A stretch of 63,147 bases of DNA, filler included, from Bigelowiella natans CCMP2755 (taxonomy: Eukaryota > Protista > Cercozoa): NCBI GenBank assembly GCA_000320545.1. It is 11 parts of 11 records of this genome, joined end to end, with 100 filler letters (N's around TTAATTAATTAA, not from the genome) between each part and the next. Parts side by side here need not be neighbours in the genome. Positions count along the whole stretch, not along the records: positions 27,427 to 30,935 come from ADNK01003651.1; positions 31,036 to 36,513 come from ADNK01000362.1; positions 36,614 to 53,301 come from ADNK01001371.1; 8 more parts are not named here. One strand, given 5' to 3'. Shown in pieces: positions 29,808 through 42,703 of the stretch; the first letter of the stretch is position 1; each line of letters opens with the position of its first letter. A model generated the notes under the pieces. The model saw only the letters and a program-made list of their open reading frames with translations. It searched no databases and had not been told where the DNA came from. The position numbers and the translations under genes were made by a program.

Positions 29808-30497
29808 ATGATGAGAAACGTTGCCCTCTCCGCCTCTGTTGCTGTTAATGTCATCCTGTGCTTCGGCCTCCTTGCTGCATACAGCTCCTCTAACCTTGGA
29901 GCTCCTGTAGCATCCCGTGCTGTTCAGTCCACCACGTTCTCGCGTGCTATGACTCCTGCACCTACTTTCCGCTCTGCTATTGCAAACGCATACTGTGAAG
30001 AAGTTGTTGACCCAGCTAACAACGCAAGGTTCGAGACCATGTCTTACACCCGCGAATTCACTGAGCGTGACATTGCTACCCAAATCAACTACATGATCGG
30101 AATGGGAGCTGTCCCTTGCATTGAGTTCGACCAGAACGGCGAGATCTTCCGTGAACACAGCAACATGCCTGGATATTACGATGGCCGCTACTGGACCATG
30201 TGGAAGCTTCCTATGTTCGGAGCTACCGATGCTGGAGCAGTTATGAACGAGATCATGGAATGCAAGCGCAACAACCCTAACTCCTTCATCCGCGTTCTTG
30301 GATTCGACAACATCAAGCAGGTTCAGTGCATGGGATTCCTTGTTTCCAAGCCTGGTGGACCAATCGGTATGTCTGCTTCTGGATTTTCCGGAGGATCCCA
30401 GTCTTACGGTGGCGGATACCAAGCTCCTCAGCAGAGTTACTCCGCTCCTCCTCAGCAGCCTCCTAAGCCTTCCGGAGGATTCACTTACTCCTGGTAA
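29808..30497 (+). CDS. rbcS: Rubisco small subunit (green, form IB) with bipartite leader and C-terminal extension
   Basis: RFETMSY, QINYMI, PCIEF, GYYDGRYWTMWKLPMFG, FIRVLGFDNIKQVQCMGFLV; signal peptide MMRNVALSASVAVNVILCFGLLAA; intronless. Confidence 0.96.
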   Translation: MMRNVALSASVAVNVILCFGLLAAYSSSNLGAPVASRAVQSTTFSRAMTPAPTFRSAIANAYCEEVVDPANNARFETMSYTREFTERDIATQINYMIGMGAVPCIEFDQNGEIFREHSNMPGYYDGRYWTMWKLPMFGATDAGAVMNEIMECKRNNPNSFIRVLGFDNIKQVQCMGFLVSKPGGPIGMSASGFSGGSQSYGGGYQAPQQSYSAPPQQPPKPSGGFTYSW

Positions 30498-31291
30498 ATG
30501 AGCCATAGGCTATGCTTGTATACTTCTGTCGCCATAAACGACCTAGGAGAAGCGTATCTGTCGTAGCCAAAGCTGCAGGGGAAATATGGATCCACACCTG
30601 AGATCATGTGATGAGAAGCTGGGTATGTCTCTAGAAAATTATTTAAATTGGGCGAACCACTTCGCCTCTCGCCGTTTGCTCTGACGTCAGAGTTCACATG
30701 TTTGCTGATGGTCGTCTGTGAACGGCATGCTAGATATACCTGTGAAAAGGCGACTTGTAAATGATGCAAGGGTTTTGTGTTTATAAAACTAACTGCAATT
30801 CCAACTAAATACACTTCGCAGCCGGTCTGCATTTCAAAGAATACGTAAATGTTGAGTGCATACGGACGCCTAGATGCATGTGCGCTGCATTCCTTTCGTC
30901 TAATAAGTAGCTATTTTTCAGTACACAAAAGCCAANNNNNNNNNNNNNNNNNNNNNNNNNNNNNNNNNNNNNNNNNNNNTTAATTAATTAANNNNNNNNN
31001 NNNNNNNNNNNNNNNNNNNNNNNNNNNNNNNNNNNAAAAGAGGCACTCCCCGTTCCTGGTGCTATCTTCTCTGGCAACTTTTTCGCTCGTAAAATTTGGT
31101 GGTGGTGGTGGGGTCATGATCTATTTTTCCCCCCCCCCCCACACAGAGAAAAACAGATTTCCCCCCCCTTCTTTTAGGCAAGATGGTGCGAAACCCCGAT
31201 GCCGTTGGATTCTGTAACATTTCTATGAACACCCCCACTCCCCCCTCAATGCCCCCCCCACCCCCTTCTCCTTCCCCAGGCGGACGACTCT

Positions 31292-32688
31292 ACTTGTCTC
31301 GTGCGTAGATCACTGTCGATATCATTGATTCTTGTATGAGCATGTATCCCATCCAATCCGACAGTATGATGTCAACCTAAAACAGGGGAGGAGGAGGAGG
31401 AGGAGGAGGAGGAGGAGGATGAGGAGGGGGGTGGGGGGGGCATTGAGGGCTCAGTGGGCGTTTCCATAGAAATGTTACAGAATCAAACGGCATAGGGTTA
31501 TCGCATAATCTTGCCAAAAAAAAGGGAAAATAAATCTATTTCTCTACTATGTGAGGCGGGTCTCGGAAATAATAGATCATGACCACCACCACCACCACCA
31601 AATTCACGAGCCAAAAAGTCGCCAGAGAAGATAGCACCAGGAACGGGGAGTACCTCTTTAACAGGAAGTTCCACTTCTTCCATCTTCCCTTTTACAAACG
31701 TAATTTTGTCCAACATTTTGTTGGCCTAGTACAAAAATTCACAGAAACACACGCACGTTGCGTGTTGTAATATATGTATTTTCATTCACACATGCACACA
31801 CAAACACACACACGCATATATAAATATATGTATACAAGATTTAAAATATGTGTGATATGTGTGAAGTACGAAGTTCTCTGATTACTATGGTGTAACGAGG
31901 AAAAAAGAGATCGGGGGAAACCTGCCTACCTTGATGATCTTCTCGGCGATGTGAATAATGCCGCTCGACTCAACGGCGTACACGTGCTGATATGGTAAGG
32001 AAAATGACTATTTGCTCACATCATTCCATTGTCATGCGATAAAAATTGACAAGATAGTGAGATGTGAGAAATGGATATTTTGTGTGTCAGGTGAAATCGT
32101 TCTCTCCAAGGGTATTTCAGAAAACTTTGAAGACTGATTGATTTATATCATCATTCAATATGCCATTTCTCGGTGAAACCGTGAGTACGATTCCTATTTT
32201 CCCGCAGGCACGAGCTAGAAGCCTCGCGTGCCGTATATTTGACAACAGACGAAACGTGTAGGTTAAGGTCCCACCTTCGCACCCGCTTTCACCGCAAACA
32301 TGGATAAGATCCCCGTACCAGCGCCTGCAGAAGCATTGCACACAGCAGCTCTTTAAGATTTGCGATGCCGGATCAACCACAAATAATCGCGAACAGACCT
32401 ACATCCAGCACGATCTTATCTTTGAAGAGGAATTTGTTGTTCACGGTCGCGCGCAAGAAGGCACGGGTGCGAACACGGTCCTTGAGCAGCTGCACACGGC
32501 AAAACAAGATCAGGTGAAGAACGCACGACGGGCTGTCCAATTCAGATGCCAACCTCTTCATGAGTCATGAAGTGCGAATTCGAATCGAAGTATATATCCG
32601 CGCTGGTCATCTCCTTTTGGGCGTCTATGACCGCATCCCCGTCAGCCTTCCCATCAGCCTTCGCTCCGCTGGAGCTGCTGTCCGCCAT
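31292..32688 (-). CDS. Protein arginine methyltransferase, PRMT1-like, 5' part
   Basis: YFDSNSHFMTHEE, LLKDRVRT, FKDKIVLDV..GTGILSMFAVKAGAK, HVYAVE, KGKMEEVELPV, VDIILSDWMGY..ESMISTVIYARDK. Confidence 0.88.
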
Positions 32689-33902
32689 GTTTCTCGGTTT
32701 AATTTATGTTTCCGGAGTTCGAAATGCAGGCGATTTTCCTCCCATTTGATCACATTTTCCCGAAAATGAATATATTTTCAAAAAAGCAGGATGTTTTCGG
32801 TTGGGGCTGCTCCTTTTTTGTGTCTCACAGATGGAAACCCCACAGGGGAATGGAAACCTGGTGTTGGTAGGTGCATGCAGCGGCTCAATTGCAGCGGCTC
32901 AATTGCAGCGGCTCCTATGCTCAACATTGGGGGCAGACAAAATCAGCTCGTTCATCGATGGTTTTTGGCATTAAACAATAGGATCAACGCAACACAGCAG
33001 AACAGGGAAGCTCATTGGAAAAAGCAGAGGAACTGGGTGAAAAACAAAACAAGGCAAGGCTGCAAACCACAAGCCTTGTCAAGTGCGCGACGAGAGCAGG
33101 TGTTGCCTCATGCACACGTTGGCCTCCACGCCATCATTTAACGAACAAGTAGCTCGCCGCGAAGAAAACAAAGGCAAGAAGACACGTGTGTGTGTGAGCG
33201 ACACGAGCTTGTTCGTGCATGAGCATTGCATGCGCGCGGAAGGCAAGAAGAGTGCAACGTGGAACGACTGTAGACATCATGTATGCGCATGTCTATTGTA
33301 ACGGTGACACGATGCAAAGAGCATGCGTGTGGTAGTAGCATCTTCATGTATCTAGCTGTAGGCTGTTTCTGCTTGGGCGTCGCGCACGACTGTCACCATC
33401 AACTATCTCATGCACGTGAGGATCGCATCGATGCTGGAATCAGCCTTTTGTCAATTGCACCAATTTTGATGCATGTGATTTACAACGTCATTATTATCAA
33501 CTCGAAATAGATTGCATGTAGCAACGAACCATTACTCACCAGACATCGATGATTTCTTGCTGTGCACCGCGGGCAGGCGGCTCACGACGTGGTGAGCTCT
33601 GCCATGCCACTGTCTAAACAATGCACCAAAAATACGAAGAGACGGCCTTGTCCAGTTAACTCTTCCGGTGATCAGTGATGAACATAGGAAGCAAATTGTT
33701 GGTATGTAGCTACTGCTACAACTACATTACAGCTGTTTCTTATGGAATGTTCAGTGTCTGGAGACATTGGCCTTGAGGCCTAAAATGACATGACAATTCA
33801 AACGCAAATGCCGCTCCGTTATATTTTGCATCATTAGTGTGACAAATGATTAGATACACGTTGAATAACAAATACATACGCTCTCTCATTCATGCAAGTT
33901 TT

Positions 33903-33946
<44 letters not shown>

Positions 33947-35127
33947 TAAGAGTGCAGGCTGTTTGAAGCCCAGACAAAGGCGGACCGGTTGGGATGCGGC
34001 TTACACCCTTTCGGGATGTAGAATTTAGTGGGGCTTGAGGAAGGGTTCGTGACATTCTGAGCCACAGCTGACATTGGGGCGAGTAAGGCCAGCATAGCTG
34101 CTATCAACCATGACCATCTCATCATCATTCTCGAGCAGTAGCGATCGCACACAATCCTATATTTTTATTGAAAACAAGTGTAGATGGAAGAGGGGAAGAT
34201 GAAAAGGAGGGAAAGGTCATCACCAGACCCCTTGCTTCTGCCCGATACCCCTCGCCCATCCCCCATTCCCCGGCTCGCACATCAGTGGTGCTTCGGCTAA
34301 GACGCAGCCACCAGCCACATCAGCCCCACCCCCCCCCTCCCCCCTCCCCCTCTCCCTCCCATTCTATAGGCAGGAGAACGGGTCATTTTGGGGGGGGGAA
34401 GGGGGGTCGAGAGAACAATGCTCGCTCACAGCTGGTCATCTCCTATACCTACTACTCGCCCAACTGATGAATGGGGAATGGCCAATGGAAATGGTGTTGC
34501 GCCTGTGAGCACGACGTACGGCGTGGGCGAAACCGCGACCAGCTCCCGTTACTGCCAATTCCTGGCGAAATTTGTCTAAAAACAGAAGAAACGCCTTTCA
34601 TTTTTGGGTCGAAATCCCACGGATATCGCGGCGATGGGAAATGCGATTTTCCGGCTTTCTTTCGCAATTCCGAACGGGCACGAGAATGGCGGCTGCTTCC
34701 TGTTCCGCGTCCCCGCTTCCAGCTACATGCTGAGCCCCGTGTCTCTTTCCTTATCGGCGGGGGGGAGAGGGAGTACCTCCTACTCCCGGGTTTTATGCCG
34801 CCCTGGGCTAGTGGTGGTGTTGTTCGTCCTCCTCGTGGTCATATTCCCCGCTGCGACCCCACGCAGGCGGCTACGCGGAAGAGATGCTGCTGTTTGGAGA
34901 GGCGAGATTGATCGGTCCCCGTCGGCGCAGCGCTTCATGACCGTCCAAAATCTCCGAGGAGGAGCTGATTCAGCTTCAGCTTTTGGTTCGCACCAAGGTC
35001 ATATTTTTAGTGGGGAGGTGGGGCGGGATATTTTCCCTTCCGGAGAAGGCAAATCCTCTTCCCTTCGTTCTTCTCTGCCTCTCCCCCCTCCAGTTATTAC
35101 CGCCTCATCATCCCCTTCACCTCCACC

Positions 35128-36070
35128 ATGAACACCAACACAATACTATATCTCGCAGGTCAAGGAGGCGATGTTGCAGCAGCGGCGGTAGCGCGCTCCC
35201 CCACTAGAGAAGGGGCGGGAGGGGGAGGCATCGAGGAAGAGGTGCGGAGGTTGAAGGCCAACCTAAAGGCTGCAGTCGAGATCCAAATGTCGCCCGTGGC
35301 CGCTGGCGTGGGGGGAGAAAACGACGGCGGCGCGCAGACGCAGAGAAGAGAATCCGCCTCAACCTTCTGCGACTCCTTGCTGAGCAACCCGCTGGGGCCT
35401 CAAGTTGCGCTGGAGACGCTCAGTGAGTTCTATGGCTCCTCGAGAGATCCGTCGTTGCAGATATGGTGCCTCGAGGCCGTGCGCGTGTGGATCAAGCACA
35501 CGCTCATCATCAAGAACATCACCAGCCCCACGCTCGATCGTGGCGAGTCTACGATGCGAGCGCTAGGGGAGGCGGCGGGCTCGGCTACAGTGCTCGTCGA
35601 TGCGGAGAGGCTGTTTCCGGTGGATGTGGCCATCGCTTGGAAGGACGAGGTGCTGCGTATGCTTCAGGCTACCAACGGGCTGGAGGGAGTCATGGTCGCG
35701 GTTCGGAACAAGTACGCTCTCGCTATTGGCTTGATGATTAAATGGTAATGAGAAGTGTATTATGGGGGGGGGGGGGGGTATGGTTGACAATAGTGAGAGT
35801 TGAAGGCGGAAGGAGAGGTTGGTAGATTTGGTAGTGTAAGGTGTGCGGCTAATAGTCTTCTGTGAGATAGGGGTGGGTGGGGGTGTTGGGGGGGGGTGGG
35901 GGGGAGCTTCTGCAAGGTACCCTGTGCATCATGGCTCAATGCGATGCAATATCTATATGATATTCACGCTTCCTTACACCTCCAGGCTATTCCCTGAGTC
36001 GTGGCCGGGTGCCTTTGAAGAAATCTTGCAGGTGGCTGAAAATGATGCATTATTCTTCCTGCGGACCGTC
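35128..36070 (+). CDS. Exportin-T (Los1/XPOT)-like N-terminal region
   Basis: QIWCLEAV, VRNKYALAIGLMIK and LFPESWPGAFEEIL...FFLRT resemble the karyopherin Xpo1 domain of exportin-T. Confidence 0.6.
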
Positions 36071-36250
36071 CTCCCACCTTGGCTATTCCGCATGTTTGTG
36101 CGTTGCAAATTTGGTTCCCGGGAGGGTGGGGAGGGGGGGATCATGAACTGATAAAGGCGAGAAGAAGGAGAAATGCAAATTATGTCGCGCTCCCCCTCCT
36201 CTTCTTCTGCTGACGTTTAATCCCCCGTAATGATTATATGAGTATGATCA

Positions 36251-36420
36251 GATCCGTTGGTACTATCCTATCCCACACCTACTTCCGCAATCGGGTTAAG
36301 CTTCCAAAGAACATTGCCGGCCTCCTGCTCTCCGCCATTCTTTCTGATACGCTCAACATGAACTCCCCAACATGCACACCAACGGAAAAGCTCATGGTGG
36401 CTACTTTGGCAAAATTTGCA
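36251..36420 (+). CDS. Exon of a Mn-dependent (family II, DHH) inorganic pyrophosphatase
   Basis: SVGTILSHTYF...IAGLLLSAILSDTLNMNSPTCT...LAKFA matches the PpaC-type GLLLSAILSDTL-SPT signature. Confidence 0.75.
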
Positions 36421-36481
36421 TGTGCTGTGAAGAGTTTTCGTGACGATGATGACGATGACGATCTTGCTTTGTATTAGTACG

Positions 36482-36513
<32 letters not shown>

Positions 36514-36613
36514 NNNNNNNNNNNNNNNNNNNNNNNNNNNNNNNNNNNNNNNNNNNNTTAATTAATTAANNNNNNNNNNNNNNNNNNNNNNNNNNNNNNN
36601 NNNNNNNNNNNNN

Positions 36614-36821
36614 GGTGCCGTGTGGTAACAGACGACCTGCCTGCGCCATCACCAAGGGCGTTTTTTCACTCGAAAGGACGCCGCGCACTTAGAATACTGC
36701 ATTGTCGAGGAAAGCTGGACAAAATCACGCAGGTTCGCTACTTCCACCAAAAAGGGGGTGGGATGTGTGTGTGTGTGTGTGTGTATGTGTGTGCGTGTGT
36801 GAGTGTGTGTGTGCGCGCGCG

Positions 36822-36861
<40 letters not shown>

Positions 36862-38727
36862 CGCGCGCGCGCGCGCGTGTGTTTGTGTGACTTCCGACGG
36901 TGGAGAGAGGAGAGGGGCGTGTTGTGTCTTATCGCGGGCACTAAATTTGGGGGGCTGATTGGGTGGGGGAGAGGGGAGGAGAGTCTGTCACAGGCTTCGA
37001 AAAAAAATATTACGGTTTTAGATGTTCTCCCCTATCCTAATCCCCTCTCTGCACCAACCTCTCCACTCCCCTTTCTCACGTATCATTCACACTTCGCAGC
37101 CTGTGATTATGGGGCCTTTGCTGCGGGCGGAGCGTTTTGCATTGGTGGGAGACCACTATCAGTTGCCGCCACTAGCACGATCCGAAGAAGCCAGGAGGAA
37201 GGGGTACGACGTGTCGCTCTTTAAGCGTCTGTCAGCTGCGCACCCGGTAATTCGCTGAATATGCGCGTCTTTGTCGAGGAAAACAGGGTCGCTCGGGCGT
37301 ACGTCCGTGATAGACATTTGCGTCCCTGTATGAGCCGGTGTGCGTGTGTGTGCGTGTGTGTGCGTGTGTGTGCGTGCCATGTGCGAGTGCTGCATTCGTG
37401 TTTTCAAACACTGTAGCACTAACACGTTTACCACCATCGCCACCATCACTTTCAATATCAGGTCGCTGTCGCTCGGCTTTCGCAACAGTACCGTATGAAC
37501 CGCGATATCCAGCTGCTCAGCAACGCGCTTGTGTACAATTTCCAACTGCGCTGCGCCAGCCAGGAGGTCGCGGACGCGTGTCTCTCGATCCCCCGCCTAG
37601 ACCGGGCGTTAGAGACCTCTGTTGGGAGGTGGGGAGGGAGTGCGAGGCGGGTATTCGCGCCATCCGCCCGCGTCGTTTTCGCCGACACAGACAAAATCGG
37701 CCGGTCGTGCGAGCGCCGAGAGAAAAAGGGCTACACGAATGAGGTGGAGGCTCGCGTCGTAGCAAAGGTTCTTGTCAGAATGGCAGTGAAGATGGTTTCG
37801 GTTTCGCTCGGGTGTGCGGTTGGGCGGGTTGTGCTAGCGCGCGAACTCAATCTGCTGCTGTCGTTGTCGTTGTTCTTGTTGTCATTTGTTCCCCTCCCTT
37901 CGATACCCTCGCCGGCTCTTTCATGTACTGCTCTTCATTGAACAGGTGGTGCATGCGATGGTCACGGGGGGGGTGTCCCAATCACAAATCGGGATCATCT
38001 CGCCCTATCGTTTGCAGCTGGAGACGCTGCGAGAGATGCTTCGAGACGAAGCTTCTAGCTGTAGCGACAGCCAGAAAGGCTACAAGGGGCTTGGTCCGTC
38101 GAGAAAGCAGACTAATGGCCAGCTAGGGCCCGAAGTAACATCCTCCGACGCCAAGGCGACAACAACAACAACCGGTGTGATGGTGGAGACCGTAGATAAG
38201 TTTCAAGGGCTTGATAAGGTGAGGTGTCGCTTTATCGTGATAATGGTGGGCGGTGGGATGCGTCAGGGACAGTTTCACATACGTGCATGTGACCGTTCGC
38301 ACACACACACACACACACAAGGGGGGGGGGGGAGAGAGAGAGAGAGAGAGACGCATATTTCTCATTTCTCGATAGCAAGCCCAAATTATCCCAATAGAGC
38401 TAAGACGCAAGAAATGATAACGGGTCATTTCTGCTTGTGTTCTCGCCTTGATATGATTGCGATTCGTGTTTCTCATGGCCAAGCATGACATTTGTGTTGT
38501 AGGACTGCATCCTTATCTCGTTGGTGCGTTCGAACTTGACGGCGGAGGTGGGGCGTCTGCTTCGAGATTGGCGACGAATCAACGTTGCCGTTACTCGTGC
38601 AAAGAAAAAATTGATCTTAGTTGGCTCGTTCCGAACGCTGCGCAATGCGCACTTGCTAGGATCATGCCTCGAACTCATCAAGGCAAGACGTTGGGTAGTC
38701 TCGCTCCCGAAAAACGCCCTTCGATAA
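36614..38727 (+). CDS. DNA2: DNA2 helicase/nuclease, C-terminal SF1 helicase exons
   Basis: [94 protein letters not shown]. Confidence 0.9.
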
Positions 38728-39688
38728 GGACCACATTTTTAGGGCTGAATCGTGCATGAAAGATTCTCAGGTTGTGAATTTTCACTAGCAGCACTTTGGA
38801 CAGTTCTGACCATCATGGCAAGTCTGAGACACTCATCGCCACATGGCCACCACATGCACACCAACGACTGCATTTGTGCCAACTTGTGCATGAACTGCCA
38901 TGCTAGCTAGCTAGCTAGCTGTAGCTAGCTAGCATGAGCAGTCTAGCAGTGTGCAAGTGCAGCACGGTGCACAATGCAAACGTTGCATCAATGGGCTGTG
39001 CATTGGTGGCCGACTGCAAGCAGCTTCTGCAAAACGCGCGCTGGTGCGTGCGCGCGTGTGGAATTGCGCAATGAGAACAACAAGAACAATGAGAACAATG
39101 ATGAAAAACCACACTTCCAAAGTGTGACGTGCAAGACACAATGAACAATGAACAATGAAGAAAGCGTTGATCAAAACTACATGACACTTGCAATGTGCGA
39201 AATGCAGTGCCTCGAACTGGCGCATCCATGGTGTCTTTCAAATGAAGGCGTTCAATGGGATTTTAAGCGAGCGGCAACATCACACCATTGTCGCAATTGA
39301 GCAACTCCTCATGCAAATTCGGAAGAAAGGGAGTCTCCGAAGAAAGAGGCAGCGAAGGTAGTGTCCCTTTCAGTACTAGGATTGCCCATGATATTTCACA
39401 TTTCGAATTTGCTTGTGCTAGTTTTATCGTCTACGACGCACCGACATGGATGTCTCTCGCCATAAATCTATGAATCTCCATCACTTGCTTTGTCGCGATG
39501 AGGGTTGGATTTTTTAGGTTTTGTCCCGTTAGAGGCAAATCGCAGCTGGAACTATGGGCATTCACTTCCTGCGACAAGACCGACCGACAGCCTGGCCGAA
39601 GGTTGCGGCACGCGCACTTCGGCTCTCCGTACGTAGTCAGGTACCAGAGAAAACACACGCCCCAGACGGCAGGAGGTGAGAACGGATC

Positions 39689-41270
39689 ATGCTGCGGTTT
39701 CGCGCTGCTCGGCCAGCAGGTCGGCTGATGCGCTCACCAACACATTTTGGATCTTCGTGGGGGGCGAGCGGGCTAGTTTCGCCTACCCCTGCCCACTCTC
39801 CCATGTGGTTTCCGCGATTCTTCGGTGCAGACGCGGCCCAGACGGCACTGAGAAACATCGGCATATCCGCGCACATCGACAGCGGAAAGACCACCCTCAC
39901 CGAGCGAATTCTTTTCTATACCGGGCGCATTCAATCCGTGCACGAGGTGAGGGGGAAGGACGGAGTGGGGGCAAAGATGGACTCAATGGAGCTCGAGCGA
40001 GAGAAGGGTATTACCATTCAATCGGCAGCGACGTATGTAAGCTGGGGCGAGAAGAACATCAACATTATCGACACTCCCGGCCACATAGATTTTACCATCG
40101 AGGTCGAGCGTGCCTTGCGCGTATTAGACGGGGCGATTCTTGTTCTCTGCAGTGTGGGGGGTGTTCAGTCGCAATCCATCACGGTGGACAAGCAGATGAA
40201 GCGCTACAATGTGCCCAGAATCGCGTTCATCAATAAGCTGGACCGTGTGGGGGCCAACCCATGGAAGGTCATTGATCAGCTGCGCGAAACCCTCCGACTC
40301 AACGCGGCGCCCATGCAGGTGCCGATAGGGCTGGAAGGGGAGCACAAGGGCGTGGTGGACCTCGTAGAGAGGAAGGCCATCATCTTTGAGGGCGAGTACG
40401 GCGAAAAGCTCACAGACGCGCCAGTGCCGGCTGACATGGAGGACTTCGTCGATGAGAAACGGGCGGAAATGATAGAGATACTCGCAGACGCCGATGACGA
40501 GCTGGCGGAGATTTACCTCGAGGAAGGGGAGGAGGGCCTGACCCCCGACATGATCCAGGCCGCCGTGCGCCGGCAGACGATTGCACGGAATTTCGTGCCT
40601 GTGTTCATGGGCTCCGCGTTCAAGAACAAGGGCGTGCAGCTGGTGCTGAACGCCGTCTGCGATTACCTCCCCGCGCCGAACGAGGTGGACAATGTCGCCC
40701 TGGACCAGACGAGGGACGAGAAGGAGGTGGTGCTCAGCTCCGACTCCAAGCAGAAGTTCATCGGTTTGGCGTTCAAGCTGGAGAAGGGCCGGTACGGCCA
40801 GCTGACGTACCTGCGCGTGTACCAGGGCTCCCTGCGGAAGGGCCAGACCATCAAGATGGGGGGGGAGGGAAAGACGGTCAAGCTGCCGAGGATAGTGAGG
40901 ATGCACGCGGATGAGATGGAGGACGTCGACTCCGTCGGCGCGGGCGAAATCGTGGCCATGTTCGGTGTTGAGTGCCCCTCAGGAACCACCTTCTGCGACC
41001 CGTCGCTCGACATGACGATGACCTCCATCCACGTTCCGGAGGGGGTGATGTCCCTCTCGATCAAGCCGAAGAACACCAAGGACAACGACACGTTCTCCAA
41101 GGCGCTCAACCGCTTCATGTTTGAGGACCCCACGCTCAGGGTGGAGGTGGACAACGAGACCAACGAGACGATTATCTCAGGGATGGGAGAGCTGCATCTG
41201 GATATCTACTGCCAACGGCTGGAAAGAGAGTATAGCTGCCCGGTGGAGGTTGGGCGCCCAAAGGTAGGTC

Positions 41271-41319
<49 letters not shown>

Positions 41320-42232
41320 ATATATGATGTGTGTATGTTTGTGTGTGTGTGTGTGTGTGTGTGTGAGTGTGCGTTTACATATATATTACCAACTTCGTAA
41401 CATAAGCTTTAAAAAACACAGCCAACATGCAGGCTCCTGGATTCTATTTCACATGATTTCTGCCCCATCCCCCCCTCCCCCCCCCCCACCTCTGCATGCA
41501 TGCGGCATGAAAGCTCATTGGTGAATCATAACCGCCCCTTTCCCCCCCACCCACTTCCTGAAGGTCGCGTACCGCGAGACCCTCACGCAGCGGGCCGAGT
41601 TCAACTACCTCCACAAGAAGCAAAGCGGGGGGTCGGGCCAGTACGGTCGCGTGATCGGATACATGGAACCCCTCGAGGAGGACGCGAAGGAGCCGTACGT
41701 CTTCGCCAACGAGATGATCGGGAACGCCATCCCGCCCGAGTTCATCCCGGCCGTGGAGAAGGGCCTCAAGGAGGCGCTGGTGGAGGGCGCGCTCACGGGA
41801 AACCCTGTTCAGGGCGTCCGCTTCGCGCTCACCGACGGCCAGTCGCACGCGGTGGATTCCAACGAGATCGCCTTCAAGCTGGCCACCCGCGGGGCCTTCC
41901 GGCAGGGGTTCCTTGGCGCGAACCCGATCATCCTCGAGCCGATCATGAAGGTAGAGGTGGATGTGCCCGCGGAGTTCCAGGGCTCCACGGTCTCGGGGCT
42001 CTCGCGGCGGCGAGGCATGATTCTCGGGTCGGACCAGGTCGACGACAGCATCCTCATCGCCGCCGAGGTGCCCCTGAGCGAGATGTTCGGGTACTCGTCC
42101 GACCTGCGCTCCACGACCGAGGGGAAGGGGACGTTCAACATGGAGTTCGTGCGCCACGCGGCGGTGCCGAAGGAGACGCAGTCGGAGATTGTCAAGGCGT
42201 ACGAGAAGCAGAGGACGGAGGGACACAAGTGA
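39689..42232 (+). CDS. GFM1: Mitochondrial elongation factor G1; one intron at ~41264-41563
   Basis: [76 protein letters not shown]; R-rich presequence. Confidence 0.96.
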
Positions 42233-42703
42233 GAAAGCGGGCCATACCCAACGGCGCGCACGCATGACGTACAGCGGTTTGGCGCAACGCACGAGTGTGC
42301 GTGTACTCGTTCATTGGGGCGACATTTATATTGGCGCCATTAAGAACGGCTCGCATAGCGATCTGGACGACACGATAGACGTGTTCCCCTGACTCTACGC
42401 AGCAGCAGCATTGGTAGGCGTGGCGGTGTGGTTGGAGAGGTGTTTTTAGTTGCTGCGTGCACGATGAGGAGGCTATGAATCGGTGTATGTGTGTCGTCAT
42501 GTGTTCTCTGGGGCATCAATGAATGAGATGTTTTGTATCAATATACAACATACGCATCTAGATGGTAACATATCGCGCCCATATCTGCGCTCTGTGCATG
42601 CGTATAAAATTATATGCTATGAAATAATAAAGGTATCACGCGGCGTACTGCAGTGATGCGGCGTCTAGCTACCTAGCTACAGCTGCGCTTATGTGGCACG
42701 CTC

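Noticed and set aside
29775-30506. Long antisense ORFs over rbcS and EF-G (40124-40906, 41444-42292)
   Set aside because: Shadow frames produced by codon bias of the real genes.
31036-31270. Long inverted repeat with 31420-31660
   Set aside because: The copy sits at a contig end with homopolymer-type errors; most likely a fold-back or low-quality read artefact.
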